Source: Myxococcota bacterium (GTDB lineage: Bacteria; Myxococcota_A; SURF-8; G963663525). Taken from it: 64,000 nt of DNA. Shown piece by piece: positions 10,707 through 20,023 of this stretch. The stretch covers positions 32,001 to 96,000 of the forward strand of contig CAXXVK010000006.1 in NCBI GenBank assembly GCA_963676915.2, in the 5' to 3' direction. A program made the position numbers and the translations under genes. Below the pieces are notes generated by a model. It worked only from the letters and a program-made list of their open reading frames with translations, ran no database searches and was not told the DNA's origin. Positions within the stretch are counted from its first letter, which is position 1; the number at the start of each line of letters is the position of its first letter.

Positions 10707-12001
10707 CGATTTTCCCCTGTAGAAACAGCAGGTTGCAACAATACATACGGACCTTCCGGGACGACGGCAACCCGCTCGTCTCCGCATTGCTCCACCCACG
10801 AAGCCACAGCAGCTTCCAGATCCTCGACGACCTCCACACCGGTCAGCCTCGCTTGTGATTCATCAAGCCCCGGAGCATATAGCACGACATCGGCTTTTTG
10901 CATGGCTTTGACCTGCTCCTGTGTCTGCCACTCGTCGATTTTGGCCCGAGGCCGTTGAAGCATTTCTCGATGAAATTTATATAATCCCTTATTTACCAAT
11001 AACTTCTGAGCCTCGATATAGTCCGCCGACCCAACCCCCTCTCCACAGGCTGACGCCACGAAAATCTTTCCACCCGGTCGAACGGCAGCCATTGCACCGA
11101 CCATAGCCTTGACCGTCTGATAATACGTTCGGTCCAGTGGGTCTCCCGCCGAGGAAGTCAGCACCGTGGAATAGGATTTTTCCACCGTAATTTCACCGTA
11201 GGAACGAAAGAATTCCACAGCACGGGCGTGCCCCTGCTCCAAGGCGCCAAAATCCGCAAAGCACAGTTGCCGTTGTTCGTTTAAAACCACACTGATTCCG
11301 TAAACATCACCGAGTTGATGAAGAATTTCCAGTTGAGCCTCGTGTAACGGATTGTTTTCGAGACAACCCAACGAAGCTCTGGGGTGATCCAGCAAGATCG
11401 GCGCATGCAGTTGACGGATGGTTTTCTCGTGACAGATGCCCGGAGCGATAACCTTTCGCCCTCCTGAATATCCCGCCATAAAATGCGGCTCGACCAGCCC
11501 GGTGACCAGCTTCAAATCCGCTTCGACGAAACGCCGATCCAGACAAACCGGTATCCCCGAACTCGTCGGTTGCAAGGGTACGTGATCTTCATCCGATCGA
11601 GCATAATGATTGGAAATTTTTACCTTTTCCGGTAGCTCTTTCGTTCCCAGCAAGGCATCGAGCCGGGAGCCTTCCACCGGACCATGCAGACCGGTGGCCA
11701 CGAGAATGTCTATCTCTTCGGCGGCTATACCGGCATCCAGCAACCGCCGAATCATCGGAGGCAACAACAATCCGTTGGGTACGGGGCGCGTATCGTCGCA
11801 GATCAGGATACAGGCCGAGCGTTTTCCCCTCGCAAGAGCTTTTAGAGGCAGACTTGCCGATGGATGATCCAATAGCTGTTCGATATGCGACTGCGGTTGC
11901 TCGATCACCGGCATCGGGTGCTTTTCGAGCACATCAACCGTCCAAGCATCCGGCAGAGAAAGCGCCAGACCGTCACAGCCGAAATTCAACGTGATGTCCA
12001 C
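10703..12001 (-). CDS. larA: Nickel-pincer-dependent 2-hydroxyacid racemase/epimerase (LarA family)
   Basis: DDTRP, ATGLH, EPHFMAGYSGGRK, LH, YQTVKAM motifs. Confidence 0.88.
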   Translation of the reverse strand: MDITLNFGCDGLALSLPDAWTVDVLEKHPMPVIEQPQSHIEQLLDHPSASLPLKALARGKRSACILICDDTRPVPNGLLLPPMIRRLLDAGIAAEEIDILVATGLHGPVEGSRLDALLGTKELPEKVKISNHYARSDEDHVPLQPTSSGIPVCLDRRFVEADLKLVTGLVEPHFMAGYSGGRKVIAPGICHEKTIRQLHAPILLDHPRASLGCLENNPLHEAQLEILHQLGDVYGISVVLNEQRQLCFADFGALEQGHARAVEFFRSYGEITVEKSYSTVLTSSAGDPLDRTYYQTVKAMVGAMAAVRPGGKIFVASACGEGVGSADYIEAQKLLVNKGLYKFHREMLQRPRAKIDEWQTQEQVKAMQKADVVLYAPGLDESQARLTGVEVVEDLEAAVASWVEQCGDERVAVVPEGPYVLLQPAVSTGENR

Positions 12002-12020
12002 CCTTTACACCCCTCGCAAC

Positions 12021-13058
12021 TTACCACTTGGCGTAATGATCTTCACAAAAACCGAAAAGTTCCAGCTCGACCGGTCCTTCATCGGTGTGGACCGTTCCTT
12101 TGTAGGTTCCGAACGGTTGGTGCAGGCGACTGGCCACCAATTTGAAATCGATATCTTCGAAACGCTCCGCCGCCGGTTCGAACACCAGATCCAAGCTGCG
12201 GTCGGCGGTATGCAGATTCCAGGGTTTTCCCAAAATGTCTTCCCGGTCGTAGTCGAATAGCACATAGCCAGGCATGAACGGCTTTCCGTCGATCCAAACG
12301 GCGTTTTGCGTGTACGATCCCAACACCAACCCACGGCTGAAATTGATCGCTGCAACGCGCCCGTCTCCCGTTTTTCCCACGGCAGCCGCCCAATTCCACG
12401 TTGTCGTTCGCGGGGGCGTCGACGCGGTCCAGTCAAGCAATCCTAAAGCATCGGGGGCAAGTTCGAGGGTTTGTCCGTCGAGCCGAATTTGCCCTTCCAC
12501 CGGCAATCCGGCGGACTTGTAGGTATAGTGGAATCCGCCATCCATCTGCGGGCAGGCCGTGCTAATACCGGGATAATTTTCCCGGTACTTCAAACGAATC
12601 GAAAACTCGTCTCCGAAAACGACATCGAGCGTCCGAAAGCCATCGATCACGCTGTTGTTCATGACGATGGAACGTTTTCCCTTAAACAGGCAGGTTTCCC
12701 CATTGGCGGGCGTTCGTGAAAATTCCGCACCCAATGCCAAAGGAGCCTTGAGGTTGTATTCCGTGAAAATTTCCGTTTTGCGGTCGTAGACATAAGCGAA
12801 TCCCGTAGCCAGATAATTGACATGCGCCACAGCCGCACCAACTACCAGGTTTTCGTCCATCGCTCCGACAAACTGCCAGCGTTTCAGCAGTTTACAGGCC
12901 AACTCGCCAAACCAGGACCACGGCGGGCGCTTGAGACGGGTGTAAGCAACGCGTTCCACCGCCAGATCGCCGGGAACTCCTGCGTAATTACCGAAAGCCA
13001 CCGTTCCATCCGAAGAAATCAACTGCTCCGGCGGGGTTGCCAGTGTCGGTCCGTTCAT
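12021..13058 (-). CDS. DUF2804-like protein
   Basis: KRWQF, FHYTYK, GLLDW, TTWNWA, QNAVWIDGK, QPFGTYKG, GFCEDHYAKW pattern. Confidence 0.75.
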   Translation of the reverse strand: MNGPTLATPPEQLISSDGTVAFGNYAGVPGDLAVERVAYTRLKRPPWSWFGELACKLLKRWQFVGAMDENLVVGAAVAHVNYLATGFAYVYDRKTEIFTEYNLKAPLALGAEFSRTPANGETCLFKGKRSIVMNNSVIDGFRTLDVVFGDEFSIRLKYRENYPGISTACPQMDGGFHYTYKSAGLPVEGQIRLDGQTLELAPDALGLLDWTASTPPRTTTWNWAAAVGKTGDGRVAAINFSRGLVLGSYTQNAVWIDGKPFMPGYVLFDYDREDILGKPWNLHTADRSLDLVFEPAAERFEDIDFKLVASRLHQPFGTYKGTVHTDEGPVELELFGFCEDHYAKW

Positions 13059-13097
13059 CGAAAAACCTCCGAGAATTCTATGGGTTACCGTTTCCGA

Positions 13098-14057
13098 TTA
13101 CGCCAGCGTCTGTGCGAACCACTGAGAAACCATCTCGACGCACGGTCCAATGCGGTCGTGGAAGATCATATGCTTGGCTTCGGGTATGACGTGCAGGCGA
13201 TTTTCCGGGAATCCGGCCCGTTTCCACCATTCTTTGCTCGTCTCCAGTGGCAACACTTTTTCTTTTTCCGAAATCAAGCCCATCACCGGGATATCCACTT
13301 CATGGTAACTTTTCTCGGGCCGATAGCCACCGAAATAAGAAACGACGGATCGCAGACTCAGGGATTCGCAATACAGCGGATCTTGATTGATCCCGAGGAA
13401 GTAGTCCACGATGAAAGGATTTTCCGAAAGTTCCCGCACTTTTTCGACATCCATCAGTTTGCGCACCGGAACGGGCGACATGGGCCGAACCATGTTGAGA
13501 AGTTTGAGAAACCGCCCCAACAAGGCTTTGGAAGGATCGGCGAGTTCCCCAGGATACAACCAATTGTGACACAGGGCGCTCCGCAAGCCTTCGAGATCGG
13601 GCAACAGGTAAAACGTGGTAATGCCTCCAAGGCTGGTTCCCATCATCCCGATGCGGTCGTTGAAGCGTTCCCGTGCGAATTCCAATACCTGCGGTAACAG
13701 GCTTTTCATATCCTCTACACGACAATCGCCCCTTACTCCTTCAGAGAACCCATGTCCGGGACGATCCACAGCGATAACGTTGAATCCCCGCTCGGACAAT
13801 TTGGCGAGAAACAGGTAATAAAAGCGTGCGTAATTGGCCATACCGCCATGGAAAATCACCACGGGATCGGTTGGCTTGGAGGAATACACTTCGAGATTCA
13901 CAGCCAGATCGTTCCAGCGGATTTCCTCGCACTGAACCGTCTTGAGCAAGTTACGAGCTTCGGACTCTCCCCCGACAAACTCGTGTAATCCCGGAACGTT
14001 TTGCGCAAAAAGCGGCAAAACCCGCTCGACAAACGCTTCGCCTGCGGCACGGTCCAT
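13098..14057 (-). CDS. Alpha/beta hydrolase (lysophospholipase/monoglyceride lipase-like)
   Basis: FHG, DRPGHGFSEG, nucleophile elbow GTSLGG, C-terminal AKH. Confidence 0.85.
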   Translation of the reverse strand: MDRAAGEAFVERVLPLFAQNVPGLHEFVGGESEARNLLKTVQCEEIRWNDLAVNLEVYSSKPTDPVVIFHGGMANYARFYYLFLAKLSERGFNVIAVDRPGHGFSEGVRGDCRVEDMKSLLPQVLEFARERFNDRIGMMGTSLGGITTFYLLPDLEGLRSALCHNWLYPGELADPSKALLGRFLKLLNMVRPMSPVPVRKLMDVEKVRELSENPFIVDYFLGINQDPLYCESLSLRSVVSYFGGYRPEKSYHEVDIPVMGLISEKEKVLPLETSKEWWKRAGFPENRLHVIPEAKHMIFHDRIGPCVEMVSQWFAQTLA

Positions 14058-14133
14058 GCAACTTCCTCCTATGTCCTCGAATCGTAACGGTTTCCGAGAT
14101 TACGGTGTTTGGACGATCCGTAACCTGTTTGCT

Positions 14134-16065
14134 CTATACTATCGAGAGCTTCAATTTCTCTCGAACGTGAAAATACTCTTCGCTGATGGCGTAGTCTTTC
14201 AAGTCACGCTCGATCTCTTCCAAATCTTTCGATTCCAACGAGCAGGGATATTTATGCAACGTCTGCAAAGCAAGGTTGAGATCGTTGACGAGTACCAACC
14301 CCGCCCGAAACGCCGACAATTTCAATCCACGGGCCCACTTTTTCAGGTCGATCGGTCCTATTTTCTGGTAGGCATAGACAAAGTTCTCCAAGGCATCCCG
14401 GTTATTTCCCTTAATTTGCCGATTCATCTTTTTGGCCAGGCTTTCGGCTTCGTCTCGATCGAAGGCCGGTTCATGTCCCGGATCAACCACCAGCCCTGCA
14501 GCGTCGATCAGGTTTTGAATGGTTGTACTTTCTTCGTGAAGAGCCAAAATCACGTCCGGTCGCGCCAAAACGCCATAAGCCGCCATAAGGAACGTCAATT
14601 CACGCCGAGGAAAATCCTCGAAAGCATCGCCACCCAGGGCTACAGCCGGAGGCTGAACCGGCAGGACTTGAACCCAACGATTGAATTCCGGTTTGAGATA
14701 GAATTCCGCCCGTGGAAGATCGAGCGTTTCACGAACGTAACGAATGGTATTGCAAAGACCGGTTTCTTCCCGCAAATCGACACGATGACGCCGCTGCACG
14801 CCCTCGGTTTTCAAAGTGCTGTCCATCAGATTCTTGCACTGGGAATAAACCAGCCAAAGGATCTGTCCCACCATCGGATAACGGCAATCCTCATGCAAAA
14901 CGGCATGAACCCAAGTTTGGCGATCGAGTTGGCCGATAGCCTGCGTTTTCAGGTCAGGCAGGTTTTCGGTATAGAAATCGACAGCTTCCGAGGTTTCTTC
15001 TCCCTCACGGGCCAGTCTTGCTCCGACACAATGTGCCGCATCGAAGCGCTCTTGCGCCATGTAGATTTTCCACAAGGCATGCAATGAAGAAATTTTATCG
15101 GGATCTTGAGCCAACAGACTACGGTGATACCCCAAAGCCACATCGGTTTTCTCGGGAACCAAAGCATATAACTCTGCGATATGCTCTTTGACGCTTTCGT
15201 CTTCGGGCGCCATGCCCAGAACAACTTTCCAGGCTTTGATGCCATCATCCCGCCGTCCGACTTTGTAAAACAGCATATCTCCGAGCTTTTTCCACAGCTC
15301 GATTTTTCGGTCTTTTTCCTGCTCGGAAAGTTTCGATATTTCAAGCGCATAAAGCTGCTCGAGTTTATCCCAGCATTCCCGCTCGATCAGTATTGTTTCC
15401 GCTCGACGCAACAGCCCGACACGCTCCGGGTCCAACGTAAACGCAGCGATGTAAAACGAGGTCGCCTCGACGGGATCGTTTAATTTTTCCTCTACGATCC
15501 TGGCCAATCGCAGGTTCAAGCCGATTTTTCGTTCCAAATCGTTTTCGAGTTTCAACGAAGCTTTCAGCAACGTGAGCGCTTCATCGTAACGCTGCGCACC
15601 CAGTAGCAATTCGGCGACTTCCGTCATCAGGGAAGCATCGGGAGAGCCCTCTTTCAAGGCTTTGTAGTAACAATCCAATGCGCCTTCGAAATCTTTGAGC
15701 TTTTCTAGGTGGTATCTTGCCAACTCCCGCCAGTTTTGTGTTGTTCCCCCTCCAGTAATTTTGGAGAGGCGCTTTTGCTTCCATTCAGCGGCTTTTTGAA
15801 TATTCCCGACGGTTTCGTAAAACGCCACGGCTTCGTCCAGGTACGTTTCGGAATCGGGAGCCAGTTCCAGCCCCTTTTCGAACATCGCCACAGCGTCGGC
15901 ACGTTCGTTAAGATTCAAATGAATCCGAGCCAGCCGAAAATACACCTGCACCAACGACGATAAATCAAGCCGATCCCCGAAGCGTTCCAGCAGCATTTTG
16001 TGCGCCCGTAGGCTACGTGCATCGTCTTTCTGCCGAAATAGCAAATGCGCCAGTCCCTGCAAAGA
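14134..16065 (-). CDS. Large TPR-repeat protein of myxobacterial type, apparently 5'-truncated
   Basis: Continuous TPR repeats with a C-terminal helical domain (RAGLVL...ISEEYFHVREKL). The frame starts mid-repeat after a TAA at 16066-16068, with no RBS. Confidence 0.75.
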   Translation of the reverse strand, partial: SLQGLAHLLFRQKDDARSLRAHKMLLERFGDRLDLSSLVQVYFRLARIHLNLNERADAVAMFEKGLELAPDSETYLDEAVAFYETVGNIQKAAEWKQKRLSKITGGGTTQNWRELARYHLEKLKDFEGALDCYYKALKEGSPDASLMTEVAELLLGAQRYDEALTLLKASLKLENDLERKIGLNLRLARIVEEKLNDPVEATSFYIAAFTLDPERVGLLRRAETILIERECWDKLEQLYALEISKLSEQEKDRKIELWKKLGDMLFYKVGRRDDGIKAWKVVLGMAPEDESVKEHIAELYALVPEKTDVALGYHRSLLAQDPDKISSLHALWKIYMAQERFDAAHCVGARLAREGEETSEAVDFYTENLPDLKTQAIGQLDRQTWVHAVLHEDCRYPMVGQILWLVYSQCKNLMDSTLKTEGVQRRHRVDLREETGLCNTIRYVRETLDLPRAEFYLKPEFNRWVQVLPVQPPAVALGGDAFEDFPRRELTFLMAAYGVLARPDVILALHEESTTIQNLIDAAGLVVDPGHEPAFDRDEAESLAKKMNRQIKGNNRDALENFVYAYQKIGPIDLKKWARGLKLSAFRAGLVLVNDLNLALQTLHKYPCSLESKDLEEIERDLKDYAISEEYFHVREKLKLSIV

Positions 16066-16312
16066 TTACGAACGCTGCTGGCGTGGCGAGTACCTGGAGT
16101 GGAGTTGCGTACCTACCTGTACAGACGACGCGGATTGCGCCGAAGGATTAGGCTGCATTCAGGCTGGCTGGGAGTATTCGGAAGGCTGGTGTCTGCCTCC
16201 GGTATGCATCGAGAACGGTTCATGGTCCTGGAGCACGGTGACCAATGGTTTCGTTTGTATTTGTGATTCCGGTTATCGTCGCGATACCGCAACCGGGCGT
16301 TGCGTTCCGTAA
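16058..16312 (+). pseudogene. 3' fragment of a Cys-rich (EGF-like) secreted protein gene
   Basis: CVPTCTDDADCAEGLGC...WCLPPVC...CICDSGYRRDTATGRCVP*; no start or signal peptide; upstream is the antisense strand of the TPR gene. Confidence 0.65.
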
Positions 16313-16369
16313 GAAGGAATTTTCAATTTGTGATGTTTTATTCCAAAAAGGGAAGAGTTTACAATCAAC

Positions 16370-16436
16370 TGTAGCGGCGGAGCGTGAGCCCGCCGAAAAA
16401 TTCATACTCACGGCGGGCTTACGCTTCGCCGCTACA
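16370..16436. repeat. GTAG-type REP doublet (REPIN-like)
   Basis: Inverted 26-bp arms 16370-16395 and 16411-16436 (24/26), each T-GTAG followed by an internal CGGCG...CGCCG palindrome. Confidence 0.72.
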
Positions 16437-16490
16437 ATGCCTTAAATAATATCGGAGTATTTGCACTCATTTCCAAAGTGAGGGTGACGT

Positions 16491-17045
16491 TCAGTTCCGG
16501 AACGTTCCGGGGGGAACTCCGGCCTGACGGCCTTTTTCCTTGGTTTCCAACAACAATGCGTTGGCTTTTTGCAGCTCTTTTTTCAGGCGTTCCAGCTCTT
16601 TTTCGGCTGTGCTCCGGCATTGAGTGGCTGCATGATTGAGTTGCGGATCGATGGCGTCGTATACCGGACAGGATTCCAGCGCTTTTTGCTGTTTGGCTAT
16701 GGCTTTTTTCAACATTGCCTTTTTCGTGCGAATTTCGACGAAAGCTTGTCGCCATAGCTTGTTTTGTTCTTTCCTTAAATGGGTACGTTGACCTGGATCG
16801 ATACCCTCGTACTTGGGACCGGAAAGGGTCGGTTCGGCGGAGTTTTTAAGAAGTTTGCGTGATTTGTCGCGGTAGGCTTCGGGCACCATGTCTTTTCGGT
16901 CCACGAAGTGCGGGACGCCTTTTTCATCTACCCACTGGTAGTAAAACTCCTGTTCTTCTTCCTGTTTTTCCAATGGCAATGGATCGGCCGACGCAACGGA
17001 GGCAATCAACCAGAGAACAATCAGCATGACGATCTTACGTGCCAT
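16491..17045 (-). CDS. DUF4124-like exported protein with coiled coil
   Basis: Signal peptide ASA-D, YQWVDEKGVPHFVD...VPEAYR, C-terminal GRQAGVPPG. Confidence 0.75.
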   Translation of the reverse strand: MARKIVMLIVLWLIASVASADPLPLEKQEEEQEFYYQWVDEKGVPHFVDRKDMVPEAYRDKSRKLLKNSAEPTLSGPKYEGIDPGQRTHLRKEQNKLWRQAFVEIRTKKAMLKKAIAKQQKALESCPVYDAIDPQLNHAATQCRSTAEKELERLKKELQKANALLLETKEKGRQAGVPPGTFRN

Positions 17046-17106
17046 GGAATACCTCGACTCCAAAGTTTTCAATCATTCAAACGACGTTCCCGGATGAAAT
17101 CGTCAA

Positions 17107-17649
17107 TTACTCTTTTTCGTCCGAAAACAAGTCGTCCCAGGGGATGGGGTCATCCAACGTGACGTTGTAGATTTTCTGCAAATCCCAGCCCTCCGACTCC
17201 AACCGTTTCTCGTATAAATATTCTCTTCGGTCCTGTTCGGCCAAGTGGCTTTCGATGGTCTTCCGATCGTGAAATTCTCCTTGTCCGAATCCTGGAGAGA
17301 GTTCGACAAGGTTGTTCCAACCCTCATCATCCACCATAAATTCGGCAAGAAACGGCGCCTTGGCACAGTGCCAGGGTTTTACCTCGTGGATGCTGCATCG
17401 GTGATTTTCGAGAAAAATGCATTGATTCCCGTTCGTTTTCACTACGAGGTAAGGAACGATCATCACCTCATGTTCGTCCTCGTAACGAACGAGGATGTGA
17501 CGGGAGTATTTTTTGATAAATGCTTCCTCGCTCATGTCGAGGTGCTTGGCAATGCGCTCTACGTCGTCGGGATACAAAGGGGCGCAGCCCTGCCAGCTAC
17601 AACAACCGCCGCAAGCGGTACATTTAAAACGGAATCCTTCACCGTACAT
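17107..17649 (-). CDS. YkgJ-family cysteine cluster (CxxCxxCC) protein
   Basis: FKCTACGGCC, CIFL...CSIHEVKPWHC...PF. Confidence 0.85.
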   Translation of the reverse strand: MYGEGFRFKCTACGGCCSWQGCAPLYPDDVERIAKHLDMSEEAFIKKYSRHILVRYEDEHEVMIVPYLVVKTNGNQCIFLENHRCSIHEVKPWHCAKAPFLAEFMVDDEGWNNLVELSPGFGQGEFHDRKTIESHLAEQDRREYLYEKRLESEGWDLQKIYNVTLDDPIPWDDLFSDEKE

Positions 17650-18313
17650 GGCTTTTTTCCCAGGTGTCGATTACTGTTTGAATCACTTCGTTCATGCTCA
17701 GGGGACTTGTGTCGATTTCGATGGCATTTGGAGCACTTTTCATAGGAGCGATACTACGGTTCGCATCTCGTTCGTCGCGCTCGATGATGTCGTGCAGAAT
17801 CTTGCTTTCTTCCACTTTCTCCCCGCGTTCGAGCAATTCCAGCGTACGTCGGCGAGCACGGATTTCCGGGCTGGCCCACAGAAAGATTTTCAATTGTGCA
17901 TCCGGGAACACGACCGTCCCCATGTCGCGACCTTCGGCCACCAGATTGCTTCTCTCGGACATGTCTCGTTGGGCCTTCATCAGCGCAGAGCGAACTTCGG
18001 GCAAAACCGCTACACGGCTGGCGCGGTCACCCGCTTCGGGACTACGGATGTCCGATTCCACGTTTCGACCGTCGAGAAACAGCGTGTTTTGTCCTTCCAC
18101 ACGGCGGAATTCAAATGCGGTTTCGGAAATTTTGCGGGCGAGGGCAGGGCCATCCTCGAAGGATATCCCGTTTTCAAAGGCCAACAGTCCAACTCCTCGA
18201 TACAATGCGCCGCTGTCCAGGAAAGAAAATCCAAGTCGTTCCGCAACCTTTTTGCCGACCGAGCTTTTTCCGGAACCGGCAGGACCATCGATACAAAGCA
18301 CTTCGCCCATCAA
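17639..18313 (-). CDS. cmk: Cytidylate kinase
   Basis: [39 protein letters not shown]. Confidence 0.96.
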   Translation of the reverse strand: MMGEVLCIDGPAGSGKSSVGKKVAERLGFSFLDSGALYRGVGLLAFENGISFEDGPALARKISETAFEFRRVEGQNTLFLDGRNVESDIRSPEAGDRASRVAVLPEVRSALMKAQRDMSERSNLVAEGRDMGTVVFPDAQLKIFLWASPEIRARRRTLELLERGEKVEESKILHDIIERDERDANRSIAPMKSAPNAIEIDTSPLSMNEVIQTVIDTWEKSHVR

Positions 18314-19413
18314 CGTCCCTCACCGAGAAAGGTTTTGATCGAATCGTATATCGCGTCCTTGTCTGGGATATCCGAAAGCACGAGGTTTTCCGGCTCCGGG
18401 AAATGCCGTCTCAGGTCTTCCATGTATTGTCCCGAACCGAAGAAGCTTTTCACCTGTCCGTACCCGAACATGTTGACGATGGGAAGGAAATCCTTTTCAA
18501 GCATCGCCAGACATTTCGAGGTGTCGTCGCCGGACCAGTTGTCGCCATCGGAAAACTGGAAAATGTAAATATTCCAGTCGGATACAGGATAGCTGGCCTC
18601 CATGATTTCGAGCGCTTTTTCATAGGCCGAAGAAATCAGCGTTCCTCCCGATTCCTTGGTACGGAAAAACGTTTCGCGATCCACTTCGCGGGCGGTGGCG
18701 TCGTGAATGATGTAACGGGATTCGATTCCTTTGTATTGGCTTTGCAGCCAGGTGTCGATCCAGAAAGATTCCATCCGCACCATTTCTTTTTGCTCGTCGC
18801 CCATCGAGCCGGAAACGTCCATAATGTAAAGAATGACGGCGTTGGTTTGCGGCTCCGGTACGGTTTTCCAGGACCGGTAGCGTTTGTCGTCCCGTACGGG
18901 CATGACGATGGGGTCTTTTTCGTTGTAGATGCCGCTGGAAATCTGTCGCTTGAGAGCTTCTCTGTAGGTTCGCTTGAAATGTTTGAGCGATTCCGGTCCT
19001 ACCTTGCGAATGCCCCGGTAACGGTCGATGGTCGTGGTGACCTTGGCGCTTCCTTTGGGTTCGATGCGGGGGAGCTGAAGCTCTTCCCCAAGGATTTCGG
19101 CCAATTCCTCGATGGTCAGTTCCACTTCCAGACCGTGATCCCCTGGCTGGTCCCCGGCTTTTCCGGTTCCCGGACCTTCCTGCGGATCGCCTCCCAGCGA
19201 ATCTCCTACATCGCCTTCACCCTGTCCGGTTCCACCCATCTGCTTGTCACCGAACTTGAATCGAGGGGTTTCGATCTGCGGCATGGGGACGGTGATTTTG
19301 TCCTTCCCCTTTCGACCGATCATCTCCCCTTGGGTGATGTATTTTTTCAGGTCTTTTTTTACCCGACCGCGAACGATCTGTTTGAAACGGTTATGATCTT
19401 TGTGGATCGTCAT
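18310..19413 (-). CDS. YeaH/YhbH family (DUF444) vWA protein
   Basis: [11 protein letters not shown], Gly-rich segment, [36 protein letters not shown]. Confidence 0.9.
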   Translation of the reverse strand: MTIHKDHNRFKQIVRGRVKKDLKKYITQGEMIGRKGKDKITVPMPQIETPRFKFGDKQMGGTGQGEGDVGDSLGGDPQEGPGTGKAGDQPGDHGLEVELTIEELAEILGEELQLPRIEPKGSAKVTTTIDRYRGIRKVGPESLKHFKRTYREALKRQISSGIYNEKDPIVMPVRDDKRYRSWKTVPEPQTNAVILYIMDVSGSMGDEQKEMVRMESFWIDTWLQSQYKGIESRYIIHDATAREVDRETFFRTKESGGTLISSAYEKALEIMEASYPVSDWNIYIFQFSDGDNWSGDDTSKCLAMLEKDFLPIVNMFGYGQVKSFFGSGQYMEDLRRHFPEPENLVLSDIPDKDAIYDSIKTFLGEGR

Positions 19414-20023
19414 AGGCTTATCCTTTGTCTTCGGAACGCTTGACGAAAAATTTTCAGAACAATCTATCAAGTGTTACACGAACGCTTCCCATACCGTCGT
19501 GCAAACTCTCCATTTTTTGATTGTACCATAAATTTCGGGGAAAGAAATGGTGCTCGATACCCAATTTCATGAGATTTTTTTCAATCGAACCAAAGAAAAT
19601 TCCGATTCTTCAATTTTATATCTTCAAAAGTGATGTGGTTGAAGAAATGCGAAATGGTTTTCGATTCTACGTGGGACTACAAAGGCAAAAATAGAAAGTA
19701 GTTATTCTTAATTATGTTAATTATGGTTTGATGTGCTTTTTTTCTTCAATACCGGCAAATTTGTTCCGAATGTTGAAAAGAAGCGGAAACGATCCAAGAA
19801 ACATTGCGATAGTGACGAAAAACCTATATAGTTAACAAGAGGTGAAAACCATCAAAAAAACGAGGGGCAGATCATCCTTTATGGATGAGAAGGTTCTAGG
19901 CGTTTGATGGGGGAGCGCATGAGCAATAATCGACAGAGGAATCCCTGTTCGGATGGGTTCCAGGTCTTGAAACGTTCTGATCGATAGGCGGCGTAGTGTT
20001 CTCATCGTTGGAAAGGCAGGAGT

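Noticed and set aside
17513-19443. Long plus-strand ORFs (351 aa and 515 aa) and similar long antisense ORFs at 6657-7826, 13942-15087 and 42885-43883
   Set aside because: Shadows of well-supported genes on the opposite strand; no recognisable motifs
19480-20020. Long intergenic region upstream of the pilus ATPase, checked for a c-di-GMP riboswitch
   Set aside because: GGCAAA occurs but the paired GAAA tetraloop and GCAAAG elements are not seen; treated as a divergent promoter region
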